Positions 15,385-29,788 of a stretch of DNA of 64,000 nt are shown piece by piece. How positions within the stretch are numbered: position 1 is the first letter of the stretch; each line of letters begins with the position of its first letter. The stretch is from assembly GCF_006345805.1 (NCBI RefSeq), contig NC_043000.1:65038001-65102000 (forward strand). The letters are read 5' to 3'. A program made the position numbers and the translations under genes. The DNA comes from Octopus sinensis. Its lineage: Eukaryota. The notes beneath the pieces were generated by a model. The model did not search any database and was not told the DNA's origin. It was given only the letters and a program-made list of their open reading frames with translations.

Positions 15385-15578
15385 TACCTGAAATTTTAGA
15401 GGAGGAAGATAGTTGATTACATCGACTCCTGTGCTCATTTGGTGGTTATTTTACTGACTCTGAAAGTAAGAAAGGTATAGTTGATCTCAGCGGCATTTTA
15501 ACTCAAAACGTAAAAGGCCGGAAGAAATACAACAAAGCATTTGCCCAGTGTACTAACAATTCTGCCAGCTCACCACCT
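15385..15578 (-). mobile_element. SINE family B, degenerate
   Basis: ctaacaattctgccagctcaccacc is the reverse complement of the family B head. Confidence 0.65.
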
Positions 15579-15722
15579 TAAATAAATAAATAAATAAGTA
15601 AAAATCTCTTTGTGTGTTTGAAATGTTATAACAGTTTTGAAATTTCTTTTCAGAGCATTTCTTTCTTAATTTTTATCATTGAGAATTCTTCATTAAAAGA
15701 AGACATTTCAGAGAGAGAGAGA

Positions 15723-15782
<60 letters not shown>

Positions 15783-16809
15783 TGCTTTGAAATGACATAA
15801 GTGAACAGTAACGAGCAGAATATCAAGGAGAATTTCTTGAAATGAGTCGAGTACGAAGAGAAAATAAAAAAAGTGAACATGAAATAGTTGCTTTATTTAT
15901 TCTTCAAACAAGAATGCAACTCCACAAACGATTTTGTGCTCCAAAAATACGGCATCAGAATGAACAATTTTCTTTCTTTCTTTCTCCTTTTTTTTTTTTT
16001 TTTGATTAACCTCAATTATCATAAAAGAATATTTTAACATAACAAAACTGTTATGAAAATATATAAATTTATGCTACAAAAGAAAAGGACATTTATATAA
16101 CGGGAAATTTCCAGGATCCAGTTCCTAGACTTAAGTAGTGCAATCCTAGTAAAAATATTGTCTCCTTAAAAAATAAAAGAGCGTTATAGCGAATAAGCAA
16201 TAAAAGAGTAACGCAAGGCATTACTGCTATGTATTAAACTTGTTCTCCGTGCTATATTTTTACATAACGGTATAAGGTTAAAGTAGAAACAGTACACAAT
16301 AGAATATTTATTGCCTGTTTACAAATGGTGATTTAATTTAATGTTAATGGTTAGTATTTGATTGGCTGCAATATATCAGTAATAATGTGATGCCTTCAAC
16401 CGATCTTAATTATGAGAAAATAATAATTAAGCTCAATTACTTTGTGACAGGTTTAATGCATCGGAAATGGGGAAACAGAATGGCAAGCCTAGTAATTTGT
16501 ATCTGACAAAAGTGAAGCAAGTTAGCCCATTACTACTGACGTCCAACTTAATTATTGTAATTTGTTTAATTTAAAATATATAGGATCAATCTTAAGCGTC
16601 CAGTGTTTCAAAAAACAGAAGAGAGTATAGTACCGCTGTAATAAAGCATTTAACGCAGAACTCTTGAAAATATGGATTTCATAGCATATTTTCTTACAAC
16701 TAGGTTAATTCAACACAGGCTGGAGAAGCGACATAACAAATTCAGTTACATATGAGACTCCCTCGACAAATATGTGGCAACGTGCCTATGTTAAATATTG
16801 TTACTGGGA

Positions 16810-17340
16810 TGCGGGAGAGCTGTGTTGGCGTATGCGGATGACGTCACCATGATGATATCACAAAAGTTCAGGTAGTAAATTACATTCTAAAGGAATACAA
16901 TGACAGAAGTAAAGATAAATCCAAACAAGTCGGTGGACAGGCTGCTCAGCAAGTGGAGAGCTAAGTCTATGCCATCAAAGAGCAGAGTAGGTTGCTGGAC
17001 ATACGGATTGGTGAAATTGCTCAGGATCTGGTTTGGTTCGAAATTTCAGGTGGACAGGAATTGGAACAAGGTTACAAGCAAGGTGGCCAGCCTAATTCAG
17101 AAATGGGTTGAAAGGAAACTATCTCTAAAAGGAAGAGCAGACGTCGCAAATGTCTACATTGCTTTCTTAATAACTTACCGCCTGACCGTTATGCCTTGCT
17201 CCAGTCCACGTTTAGCAGGACTGGAGTGCTTATATTGCCGCACCCACTGGTCAGGCAAGACATCTGTTGCCAACACCCTCTGGAAAACAGGTTAGTACGC
17301 CATGGATGCGAAGACACTCGCTGAGTCTATGCACCTACAA
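16810..17340 (+). pseudogene. Tx1/L1-clade LINE reverse transcriptase fragment
   Basis: gcgtatgcggatgacgtcacc = AYADDVT; ORF 16900-17295 KINPNKS...LRIWFG...NWNKV...WVERKLSLKGRADVANVYI matches the L1/Tx1 RT thumb region. Confidence 0.85.
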
Positions 17341-17864
17341 ATTTTCCTAAATGCTCTCTGACAAGGGCATTTTTTCTTGAAATATCGTTTATGGATGGAT
17401 AATTTGTTTACAATAAACTGTTCATATATTGCAGGTTACAGCTTTCTACTATTTTATTCATTGCTTCAGACACATGGTTGGCACTTGTAATAGCGACCGA
17501 CCCATTGTCTTGGTTTTACATTCTGATATATGATACTGACCGTTCGTATTGTGGTCGCTATTAATGTTGTTATTGCTTTTATTTTTGTTGTTGTTGTTAT
17601 CATTGAGCTTACATCATCTCTGATTAAATTCATTTTCCCTCTCTTTTCTACTATATTTGTGTGTATGTGTGTGCACGCGTGTTTATGTGTGTGTATGTGT
17701 GTGTGTGTGAGAGAGAGAGAAAAGGTGTGTATATCTGCCTATTTATGGAGGGTAGGTTTAATCATTATCTCCATCTTGTCATCGACCGTCTGTCTACTCT
17801 TAATACAACTCACATTCTCCCATCTCCTATTCTACCATGCCAGTGATAATGAACGTAATTTGCA

Positions 17865-18125
17865 TTTGACTGCGGCCATGCAGGAGCACCGCCTTAAAGA
17901 GTTTTAGCCGACCAAATCAACCCCAGGACTTATTTCTTAAACCTATTACTTATTCTATCGAACCCTTTTGCCGAACAGCTAAGTTACGGGGATGTAAACA
18001 CACCAACACCGGTTCTCAAACGGTGATGGACACACACGCGCGCACACACATGTACATATACGACGGGATTCTTTCAGTTTCTGTCTACCAAATCCATGCA
18101 CAAGGTTTTGGTCGGTCTGAGGCTA
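17865..18125 (-). mobile_element. SINE family A, 3' part
   Basis: catttgactgcggccatg...gccgaacagctaagttacgggg...ctttcagtttctgtctaccaaatcc. Confidence 0.75.
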
Positions 18126-18136
18126 TGTATGCATGC

Positions 18137-18217
<81 letters not shown>

Positions 18218-18221
18218 TATA

Positions 18222-18281
<60 letters not shown>

Positions 18282-18443
18282 GGCGCAGGAGTGGCTGTGT
18301 GGTAAGTAGCTTGCTAACAAACCACATGGTTCCAGGTTCAGTCCCACTGCGTGGCATCTTGGGCAAGTGTCTCTACTATAGCCCCGGGCCAACCAATGCC
18401 TTGTGAGTGGATTTGGTAGACGGAAACTGAAAGAAGCCTGTCG

Positions 18444-18481
<38 letters not shown>

Positions 18482-18685
18482 ATATATATGTTTGTGTGTT
18501 TGTGTGTCTGTGTTTGTCCCCCTTGACAACCGATGCTGGTGTGTTTACGTCCCCGTCACTTAGCGGTTCGGCAAAAAGAGACCGATAGAATAAGTACTGG
18601 GCTTACAAAAGAATAAGTCCCGGGGTCGATTTGCTCGACTAAAGGCGGTGCTCCAGCATGGCCGCAGTCAAATGACTGAAACAAG
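18282..18685 (+). mobile_element. SINE family A, full length
   Basis: ggcgcaggagtggctgtgtggtaag...gactgaaacaag. Confidence 0.85.
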
Positions 18686-18687
18686 AA

Positions 18688-18756
<69 letters not shown>

Positions 18757-19001
18757 TGTACACATACGCGCACACATACACATACGTATATGAAAGAATA
18801 GGGAGTGCCAGATAGATGCTTTGCGGTATTCAGTTGTATACATTTATGTTCTGGGTTCAAATTCCGCCGATGTTAATTTTTACCTGTCATTTTTCTTGGG
18901 TTGATAAAAAGAAACAAAAAAGGTACGAAAGTGGATAAAAACCACGATGCCCATCCCCTAATTTGAAACGTTCTGTCTATTTTATAAACCATCATTTTCA
19001 G

Positions 19002-20141
19002 TTTGGCTGCCAATTTCCGAAAATTTAAAGTTTATTGAAAATTTTAAAATTTGATACATTAATGTAGTTTTCCAAATTGAATGTCAGTAGATATTTCACC
19101 TTTTCCAGAATTAAAAAAAAAAAGTTATAGACGTCTAAAGTTTGATAATTTTCACTCAATCAGAAAAATAGGATTTGGAAGTTGTCATTTTGTGTGACAG
19201 CACAAACAAATGAAATACAACTGTAAACAAATGAAATACTTTTCTTTTTTCCTTTTCTACTCTAGCACGAAATTTTTGGGGAGGGGGCAGTCGCTTAGAT
19301 CGACTCCGGTACGCAACTGGTACTTAATTTATCGACCCCGAAAGGATGAAAGGCAAAGTCGACCTAGGCTGAATTTGAACTCAGAACGTAACGGCAGACG
19401 AAATACCTATTTCTATTTCTTTACTACCCACAAGGGGCTAAACACAGAGAGGACAAACAAGGACACACAAACGGATTAAGTCGATTATATCGACCCCAGT
19501 GCGTAACTGGTACTTATTTAATCGACCCCGAAAGGATGAAAGGCATAGTCGACCTAGGTGGAATTTGAACTCAGAACGTAACGGCAGACGAAATACCGCT
19601 ATGCATTTCGCCCGGTGTGCTGATGTTTCTGCCAGCTCGCTGCCTGTAAACAAACGAAATACTGTTGGAATTCTGCTTTACACACACCATATAACCCCTC
19701 GTAAATTTTTCATATTTTGGATTTTTCAGAAATTTTTTGCAAATTTGTTTTCTATGCTCGGGAATTCATATGATTATTCAAAACCCAAAATAAAAAAAAT
19801 TGGTGGGTACGTCATTTAAGGCCTATTTAGCTGTAATTTTTAGCACATCTCGCCACTACTTCAATGAATAGAATATACTTGTCAACACATACTTTCTCGC
19901 AGACAAAAGAGTTCTCATGCTTAGCCTTGTTACTACGGAAAAGGGAATGGATGTATCTTTGGCTTACGATTGGCTAAAATTACCCAAAATTTCCTCACTT
20001 AAAAAGCTAATAACTCTTTATTCATTGATTTATGGCGAAAATGAATTTCAAGGCATTGATTAGCATATAAAACTATATCATTACACCGAATATGAAATCA
20101 ATTGGAACAGAAATTGAAGAGTTTGAAAATTGGCAGCCAAA
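19002..20141. mobile_element. Non-autonomous DNA transposon with a nested SINE
   Basis: TIRs tttggctgccaattt / aaattggcagccaaa. Confidence 0.7.
19241..19643 (-). mobile_element. SINE family B (dimeric core) with target-site duplication
   Basis: Flanked by ctgtaaacaaatgaaatact (19221) and ctgtaaacaaacgaaatact (19644). Confidence 0.85.
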
Positions 20142-20846
20142 AATTATAATATTTATGAAAGACATAAAAGTTTGCTACTCCAGTTAATGTTGCTGGGTAT
20201 TTTGAGTCACTAGAACATTGGAATAACAAGTGAACGAGATAACCTCTATATGGTCTCTCAACATGCTAAAAACAACAACCAAAATTATCGCAAGTCATAT
20301 CTAGCTGAGGAAGATGGAAGGGCACATTCGGTAATGTAACATGATATAAACTACGAGTGAAAAGACAGCATGTCTGCCGCCAGAATGCTCTTGTTCATAG
20401 CTCTTCTCGATCAAAGCTGATATAGGCCTAAATAACAACTGTAACTTAAAATGAACTTTAAACAGCAATAGCTGTTGAAACAGTTTAGCGATGAATATTT
20501 TATCGTCTACATTACTGGAGGAAAATTATGTAGATTTATTTTCTTTGTAAATATAAACTAAATTATTTTTGTTAAACTGATGCGAAATATAATGTGCATA
20601 AGCATGTATGTATGCATGTATGCATGTATGCATGTAGGTATGTATGTATGTATGTATGCATGTATGTATGTTTGCATGTATGTATGTATGTATGTATGTA
20701 TGTATGTATGTATGCATGCATTCATGTATGTATGTATGCATGCATGCATGTTTGTATGTATGTTTGTAGGTATGTGTGCAAATATATATATATATGTGTG
20801 TGTGTGTGTGCGTCTGTGTGTGTGCAAATATATATATATATATATA

Positions 20847-21060
20847 TAACATAAGGGACTAAAGCCATCTGAATATGGCTAGGGACAGGCAGGGTGGTGG
20901 GGGGTTACTGTTGCATTTAGCCCCAGGCGAACATCAACGTCGCCAGGCAACAGTAACCCCCCCACCACCCTGCCCTGTCCCTAGCCATATTCAGATGGCT
21001 TTAGTCCCTTATGTTATGGAGCAGTTACTGTCTATATCTCATTTAGAGAATTATTATTGC
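20847..21060 (+). mobile_element. Hairpin pLTR-like element, family P1 (short)
   Basis: Arms 20847-20914 and 20947-21017 are reverse complements; unpaired tail ggagcagttactg...ttattgc; (TA)n on both sides. Confidence 0.75.
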
Positions 21061-21068
21061 TATATATA

Positions 21069-21138
<70 letters not shown>

Positions 21139-21212
21139 CACACACACAGACGCACACATACCTACAAATTTTATCATGGTAACCGAATAATTGTCACATA
21201 TTACATTTACAG

Positions 21213-21245
<33 letters not shown>

Positions 21246-21924
21246 CGTGTGTGCGTGTGTGTGTGTGTATACATGTATGTATGTATGTATGTATGTATGT
21301 ATGTATGTATGTATGTATGTATGTATGCATGTATTTATGTATGTATGCATGTGTGTGCGTGTGTGTGTTTATATGTGGAAGAGAAAGAGGTAGAGAGAGT
21401 TAGAGGAGGAGGAGGAGGAGGAGAGAGAGAGAGAGAGAGAGAGAAGCAGACAGACAGATTGACGAGTGGACTGGCAGACAGAAAGGAAGCCACTCCTCTT
21501 TTGTGTCACGAGAGAAATAGCGACATAGGAGTAGGAACTCTTGTTAGAGTTAAAATGTGCTGAAGCAGAAAGTCAGCAGCAAAAGGGTGACAGATGTGGA
21601 GTGAGTAAATTGTCTGTTTCTAAATTTTACAAGAACTTAAACTGTGTTCCTTTAACACTCCTTAAGGGCATTAATTTGCATTAAGTTCTTCCACGTCTAA
21701 CGGAACAGTAGGGGTATAAATGATGAGTGTACTTGATGCGTGTTGCGCACCCAACAAAAATGGTAAATTTCTTTATAATTCTACTCTTGCAGTATCATGA
21801 TAAAATCTTGTCAAAATTGAATAATCCTCACTTAGAAAATATGTATTAAGCAGGCTGAACTTTAAGTTGGTGTGTTCATGCTATTTCTGAATAGTGACTA
21901 TCAGACACAAAAAATAATATTATC

Positions 21925-22280
21925 ATTTATTTCTTTATTGCCCACAAGGGGCTAAACATAGAAGGAACAGACAAGGACGAACGAAGGGATTAAGTCGATT
22001 ACATCGACCCCAGTGCGTAACTGGTGCTTATTTAATCGACCCCCGAAAGGATGAAAGGCAAAGTTGACCCCGGCGGAATGTAAACTCAGAACATGATGGT
22101 CGAAAATGTTAACACAAAGGACAAAATACTTAGCGGCATTTTTTTAGGCTTTACGTTCTTGAGTTCAAATACTGCCAAAGTCGACTTTGTTTTTATCCTC
22201 TCAGAGTCGATAAAACAAGTATCAGTCAAGTACTGGGGTCAATGAAATCGACTTCCCCTTCTCCTCAAAATTGTTTGCCT
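21925..22280. mobile_element. Two SINE family B fragments in opposite orientation
   Basis: Minus copy ~21925-22092; plus copy ~22105-22280. Confidence 0.7.
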
Positions 22281-22406
22281 AGTGTCAACGCGTTCCTACG
22301 TTGCAGTCTGTTGTGTTCGAGAGTTACACTTACGCAAAGGAGGAAGGTAATAACTTGAATAGAGTATACATACACATATATATATATATGTGTGTGTATA
22401 TATATG

Positions 22407-22442
<36 letters not shown>

Positions 22443-22453
22443 TATTTATTATA

Positions 22454-22537
<84 letters not shown>

Positions 22538-22542
<5 letters not shown>

Positions 22543-22816
22543 AGGGGCATCAGCCATCTGAATGTGGCTAGGACAGGGCAGGGTGGTGGGGAGTGTTACT
22601 GATGCATTTAGCCCCAGGCGATCATCGACGTCACCAGGAGGGCTGACACCACCGAGATGGTGTCAGCCCTCCTGGTGACGTCGATGATCGCCTGGGGCTA
22701 AATGCATCGTAACACCCCCCACACCCTGCCCTGTCCCTAGCCACATTCAGATGGCTGATGCCCCTTATGTTATAGAGCAGTTACTGTTTATATCTCGTTT
22801 AGAGATTTATTATTGC

Positions 22817-22817
<1 letters not shown>
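22538..22817 (+). mobile_element. Hairpin pLTR-like element, family P1 variant
   Basis: ~115-bp arms around ggctgacacc-accgagat-ggtgtcagcc; same 3' tail as 21018-21060; inside (TA)n. Confidence 0.75.
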
Positions 22818-22874
<57 letters not shown>

Positions 22875-22887
22875 ATATTATTTATAT

Positions 22888-23730
22888 TATATTGAGGGTA
22901 CTACTATTCGTAGATACCATCACGCTAAGAGGGACCAATGCGGTCAAAACTACTAAAAATAAACAAAATTTTACCGAATGCAAAACTTCAAAACACATCA
23001 TTTTAAAAAAGAATTCAGTTACATATCACATGTGATTTCGCATTTAATGCAGAATATGCATTTCATGTTCATCAGTGCAACAAACTCAAGAAATATAAGA
23101 GAAAAACATAACATTAGAAGCTCGATAGCCAACCGTAGAATTCGTCGTATTTACGGATTTTTTCTCTTACGAGGTTTTTCACGCTGACTACTGATAATTT
23201 CTTTTAAAGATTTTATCCTCAATTGTTAATTTATATTTTTCACCGGAATAGTTCAATACTGAATTTTTATTCCGACTAGACAATTTGTTACCGAAATGCA
23301 TTGCGAATAAGCCCGCCATTTTCATAGATATGTAAAGATAAACATTCGTACATGCTACGACGAATTCTACGGTTGGCTATCGAGCTTGTAATGTTATGCT
23401 TTTCTCTTATATTTCTTGAGTTTGTTGCACTGATGAACATGAAATGCATATTCTGCATTAAATGCGAAATTACATGTGATATGTAACTGAATTCTTTTTT
23501 AAAATGATGTTTTTTGAAGTTTTGCATTCGGTAAAATTTTGTTTATTTTTAGTAGTTTTGACCGCATTGGTCCCTCTTAGCGTGATGGTATCTACGAATA
23601 GTAGTACCCTCAAATATATAATAATGAATATTTTCAAAGAGGAAGAATTTACGAATTTTTTCTCTTACGAGGTTTTTCACGCTGACTACTGATAATTCTT
23701 TTAAAGATTTTATCCTCAATTGTTAATGTG
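22888..23730 (+). mobile_element. Retrozyme/Penelope-like element, family P2 (inverted arm plus >1 monomer of ~500 bp)
   Basis: 22890-23145 is the reverse complement of 23357-23614; 23149-23228 repeats directly at 23648-23726; hammerhead in both arms; (TA)n flanks. Confidence 0.8.
23424..23487 (+). ncRNA. Type-I hammerhead ribozyme, AUA triplet (mirror copy 23018-23081 minus)
   Basis: gttgca-CTGATGA-acat...atgc-GAAAT-tacatgtg-ATA-tgtaac; 6-bp stem I; stem III is the palindrome ATCACATGTGAT in the mirror copy. Confidence 0.8.
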
Positions 23731-23788
<58 letters not shown>

Positions 23789-23834
23789 TATGTATGTATA
23801 TATATATATAATATATATATATATATATAAATAA

Positions 23835-23871
<37 letters not shown>

Positions 23872-23882
23872 ATATAATATAT

Positions 23883-23934
<52 letters not shown>

Positions 23935-23963
23935 GTATGTATATATATATATATGTATATATA

Positions 23964-25588
23964 TCAAAATGAAAACATGATGCCAAGGATTCAGCGGTAC
24001 AGTGTTTCGGGCCTTTATTAGACGGTTTTATAACAATGCATAATGTGTGTCTATGGCCTTCTTCAGCCGCGTACAATTACCACCTCAAGGACATGTATTA
24101 CATTATAAGTTTTACGTTGGGGAATCAAATCCTCATAGTCGCGTACGACAGAGTGGGGCACCAACACAAAAACTCCCCATGTGTGTGAGTGTGGGCGTGA
24201 GTGTAGGTGTATGCATATCTTTGTCCATAAGCATAGGGATTTACTTTCTCATGTGTGTGAGTGTGTCTGTATGTGCGCAGGTACGTGTATGTGTATACGT
24301 ACGTATGCGCGTCAGTTCTTGTACCCAACTACATGCACCTTTTTCCGTATGTATGTGTATATTGAGATATTTATGTATGTGCACATATACGTATATAAGT
24401 GGGTAGACGGGCGGGCTTTACATATGTATGCGTGAGTATGTATTTGTGTGTATACGAGTGCGTATGCAGAGGCAGGTTATTGTATTTGCTTTTATGTATT
24501 TAGCTGGTGCAAGCTTAGGTATCCGTACGTAGCGGGACGTATGTATATGCGTACCCCTGTCGGTATTTTTACACGAGAGTACGTATGTATATATACGTGT
24601 GGATGTGTATACGTGGGTATGTGTATGTGTATATGTGTATATGTATGCATGCGTGTACGTATGTACATGTTGACCACTAGTAACAAAGACAATTTACGAG
24701 GAAGTAGATAAACTGTTTAGCCACAAACCAGAAAACCAGACAACCGAAATTGACCATATACTTGATCTCCAGACTTTCTAGTTGATTTATGACACCCGCC
24801 ATTACGCTCGTAGGCTTCAACAACCGGAATATGTCATCTTTCTGACCACCATGTTAGTTCTTAACCCCTTTATATCCCTTATCCTTATTATTTTTTTTCT
24901 TTCGTCCTCAGTTCTCGCTTTATCTTTATCCCTATTTATTTATATTACCATGTTTTTTTTCACGTCTGTGTGTATTTAAATATTTATATATTTATATATT
25001 GATTTATATATTTATATACTTAGATACTTTTTTTTATATTCTTATATATTTCTTTGTATTCTTATAACTTTTTTTATATTCTTATATATTTTTAATATTC
25101 TTATATCTTTTTTATATATTTTTAAAATTTTTACTCTTTTGTAATTTTTTACGCTTTTACTACCATTTGCACCCACCACCCTCCCTCTTTGTGATCCCTA
25201 ACTCACTAAAGATTCAACCCTCCCCAACCCCTTCCCTCTCTATCTCAACATCCAAACTTCCTCATACTACATCGAGTGAAAGACGGGATGGACGCTTCGT
25301 TTTTGTGTTGGTGCCCCACTCTGTCGTACGCGATATGAAGATTTGCATCCCCAACGTAAAACTTATAATGTAATACATGTCCTTGAAGTAGTAATTGTAC
25401 GCGGCTGAAGAAGGCCATAGACACACATTATGCATTGTTATAAAACCGTCTAATAAAGGCCCGAAACACATGTACCGCTGAATCCTTGGCATCATGTTTT
25501 CATTTTGATTAATATACTCTATCACCTACACCACTAAATGGTATATACAGGTGCTTACAATTATCAAGTATTCACCCTGAATTTTTGT
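23964..25588 (+). mobile_element. Penelope-like element, family P3, with inverted pLTRs
   Basis: 23964-24172 is the reverse complement of 25299-25508; ~80-nt unpaired 3' tail; (TA)n flanks; hammerheads in both arms. Confidence 0.8.
25401..25478 (+). ncRNA. Type-I hammerhead ribozyme, GUA triplet (mirror copy 23994-24070 minus)
   Basis: gcgg-CTGAAGA-aggcc...ggccc-GAAAC-acat-GTA-ccgc; palindrome ACATGT. Confidence 0.8.
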
Positions 25589-25606
25589 ATATATATATAT
25601 ATATAT

Positions 25607-26483
25607 AAAATTAAATTTAGGTAAAAATTGATATTTATCCATTAGAACCAGTGGTCTAGCATATTAAAAGAAAGAATCCGAAGATTAAAATATTTATATG
25701 TACCAATTAAGGACTGAACACGAAAAGTGGACAGTCAACATGCTAGATATAGACGTCAAATCGCCAATCTCCACAAAAAGTCTATGTTCTCAGATCAAAC
25801 TCAACACAAAACCAAAGCAATAAACAAGTGAAAAATATACGAAATAAATATTTACCCATGTACTAAATTTAGTTTCGGCTGTTATTTTCCGCAAGGAAAA
25901 GTGCAGCCATCATCAGCATGGTCCCATATAAAATGAAATTTGCTGTACTAAATGCCAACACGATACCGAAATATCGCGTGCATGGAGTACGGATTCGTTC
26001 TTTTAATATGCTAGACCACTGGTTCTAATTGATAAATATCAATTTTTACCCTAAATTTAATTTTATATAAATATTTGTTCTCTAACCGATAAATTAACTG
26101 CTGCTAACTATTAGCTGCAGGCTAGTTTTCTCGGGTCTCATCGCGCCAAAATAAAGACATTTGAAATATATATTTCAAATGTAATAGGCCGTACTCCATG
26201 CACGCGATATTTCGGTATCGTGTTGGCATTTAGTACAGCAAATTACATTTTATATGGGACCATGCTGATGATGGCTGCACTTTTCCTTGCGGAAAATAAC
26301 AGCCGAAACTAAATTTAGTACATGGGTAAATATTTATTTCGTATATTTTTCACTTGTTTATTGCTTTGGTTTTGTGTTGAGTTTGATCTGAGAACATAGA
26401 CTTTTTGTGGAGAATGGCGATTTGACGTCTATATCTAGCATGTTGACTGTCCACTTTTCGTGTTCAGTCCTTAATTGGTACAT
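25607..26483 (+). mobile_element. Retrozyme-like element, family P4 (circularly permuted ~510-nt unit plus inverted arm)
   Basis: 25607-25990 is antisense to 25991-26483, but reads across the end-to-start junction of the sense unit; same family at 38929-40540. Confidence 0.8.
26260..26325 (+). ncRNA. Type-I hammerhead ribozyme, GUA triplet (mirror copy 25856-25921 minus)
   Basis: ccatg-CTGATGA-t-ggctg...cagcc-GAAAC-taaattta-GTA-catgg; palindromic ACTAAATTTAGT; all core bases present. Confidence 0.88.
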
Positions 26484-26488
26484 ATATA

Positions 26489-26534
<46 letters not shown>

Positions 26535-26553
26535 ATATATATATATATATATA

Positions 26554-26605
<52 letters not shown>

Positions 26606-26621
26606 GTGTATATATATATAT

Positions 26622-27531
<910 letters not shown>

Positions 27532-28039
27532 GTGAAGGGAAGAGTAAGAGAGAGAAAGAGGAGAAGACGGTCTCTACTCTTCTGCATTTGAGTGTTCAAA
27601 TCGCAGGCACAGTTGAAATGTTTAACTTAGTGAAACAATGTTAAACATTGCATTTATAAATTTATGCATTAAAAGATATATCGATAGAAAGTTAAATTAA
27701 AGTGAAATAATCTTAGTAAATAGCTGAGGATGTTACACTTTTACATTTTAAATGTTCTAGACCAAAAGCTGTACCCATGCTGGGACACCGCCATAACTAA
27801 TTTCTTTTTGTTATAAGATTTAAATATTTATGGGTATTATGAGAGCAGACAGATATAGAAAGGAAATTCAGATATGGTATTTCGTTTTTGGATTTGGTTT
27901 GCAAGATTCTTTATATGATTTCGTGTGTTGAAGCATATTCTTTTGCGTCTGGGGAGAGTAATTTTCTTTTTGTGCGTTATAATTTAACACACTCATCGAT
28001 AAAATTTCCACAGACAGGCAGACAGAATGACAGATAGAC

Positions 28040-28137
<98 letters not shown>

Positions 28138-28687
28138 GTGAGTTTACAAATATATCAACAGATATGCAGATAGAGAGATATGTTAATAGATATACAAGTA
28201 GATATGTAGCTGAACTTAAGTGAAATTAAAAAAATGAAATTGGTAAATAACTTTGACTGAGGCTTGGTGGATGGACAGCGAAAAGCGCGCGCGCGTGTGT
28301 GTATTATAGTATATATAGTAGTTGATAAAGAGATAAATGAATTAGAAATAAATTACAACCCATACAACTCTATGACCCTACTATGCTCCATGCAATTCTC
28401 AGAAGATGTAGTCTATTCTTAGCTACAATAGCGACATGAATTTCTTCTATCTTCTTGCTCTGTTAAAATATTTAAGAAAAATTATATTACTGTGTACGAC
28501 TTGTTAAAATTCCATTTATTTATTTGTGCAGCTGAAGATGGAATCACATTCAAATTGATGTAATAATTCCATTGTTCAATTAAATGGACATACTGCATTA
28601 TTACTTGATACCCTGTTGCTTATTTTGATATATGTATATATATATATATAATATAAAATAATATAAAATTAATATGGACAGCAGGCC

Positions 28688-28718
<31 letters not shown>

Positions 28719-28749
28719 ATATAATATAATGTAAAATTAATATGGACAG

Positions 28750-29325
28750 CAAGCGTGTCTGTGATAAGAAGCGATCTATTCGCTGTGTTGATTTTTGACG
28801 AGACGGACGGAATTTTTTGAGCTGCTTGTCAGCGGATTGTTGGTGAGTGTTGTACCAGTGGAAAGGAATGCATTTAGACATTAGCGAGTCTGAACTGTCT
28901 TCAGCAGAGGAGGAGCTCGTTAAGGCGGTAAACAGAAAGGAAGAGCATTTGGAAAGAGTAAAGAGTTTTGCTGAGGCTGCAGAAGTGAAGAAAAGAGAGA
29001 TGGACCTGGCCGGACTGAAGGAGCTGAGTAAGATAACACAGAAGGGGGACAGTGACGTAAAGTTATTACCCCCGCAAAGGGTAATGGAAAATATGGAAAA
29101 GAAGACCATTACCTACAAGGTGTACTCAGTGGAGAGTAGGAAGGTGAAATGGATGGAGATGGAAAAAGTAGAAAAAGCATTGAAGGGGCTTTCGAAGGAA
29201 GTGACATATATAGCGAAAGGATAGGGATGCAGGACGGTGGTTGTCCAGTTTAGGATAGCGGAGGAGGCAAAGAGGCTGGCGAATACAACTGTAAAAACGG
29301 AGGAACTTTTTCTTTCGAAGCATCT
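28750..29325 (+). pseudogene. Probable LINE (Tx1/L1-like) 5' UTR and ORF1 N-terminal fragment
   Basis: Purine-rich non-microsatellite ORF 28847-29224 (E/K-rich, then KTITYKVYS...VEKALKGL...YIAKG), continuing past a stop; family assignment is by resemblance only. Confidence 0.45.
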
Positions 29326-29788
29326 TTAAAAATTGTCCTCCCAACGCCTTTAGCAAGTTTAAATTTAGTCATCCATACAATTGCTTTCAAAATAATGGCT
29401 TCTCATTTTATCCGAGTTGAGACGAAAATTTAGCTCAAAAAGTTATGTGACTAATTTTAAAAAACCAACGGATAACTTAGAAAACCCAAGCCATAAAAAG
29501 CAAAAGTAGCTTCTTTGGTAGGAATAAGAAACTTCGGATCACATTTTCCTTAACTTTTTTCTGAAAAAAACAAACAAACTATATTACCGTAATCAACAAG
29601 CAATAACACTCGCTTTGCTCTTTTGAGATTGCAAATGGTCTTTAATATCCGACTTACCTCTATGTGCAAGAGAGAACTTTTCAAATCAGTGACCATGTTT
29701 TACCCTGTTCCCGTCAAGTTTTATTTAGGAATTTTCCCGTAAATGCACACTTTTTAGCATTACAAAAATATATCAAAATTATTTTATA

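Noticed and set aside
21480-21607. Possible exon ending at a GTGAGT donor
   Set aside because: No clear acceptor, partner exon or coding signal; needs RNA-seq
28532-28571. CTGAAGA followed by a tggaat/attcca stem
   Set aside because: Possibly a half-deleted hammerhead, but GAAA and the cleavage triplet are absent, so it is not called
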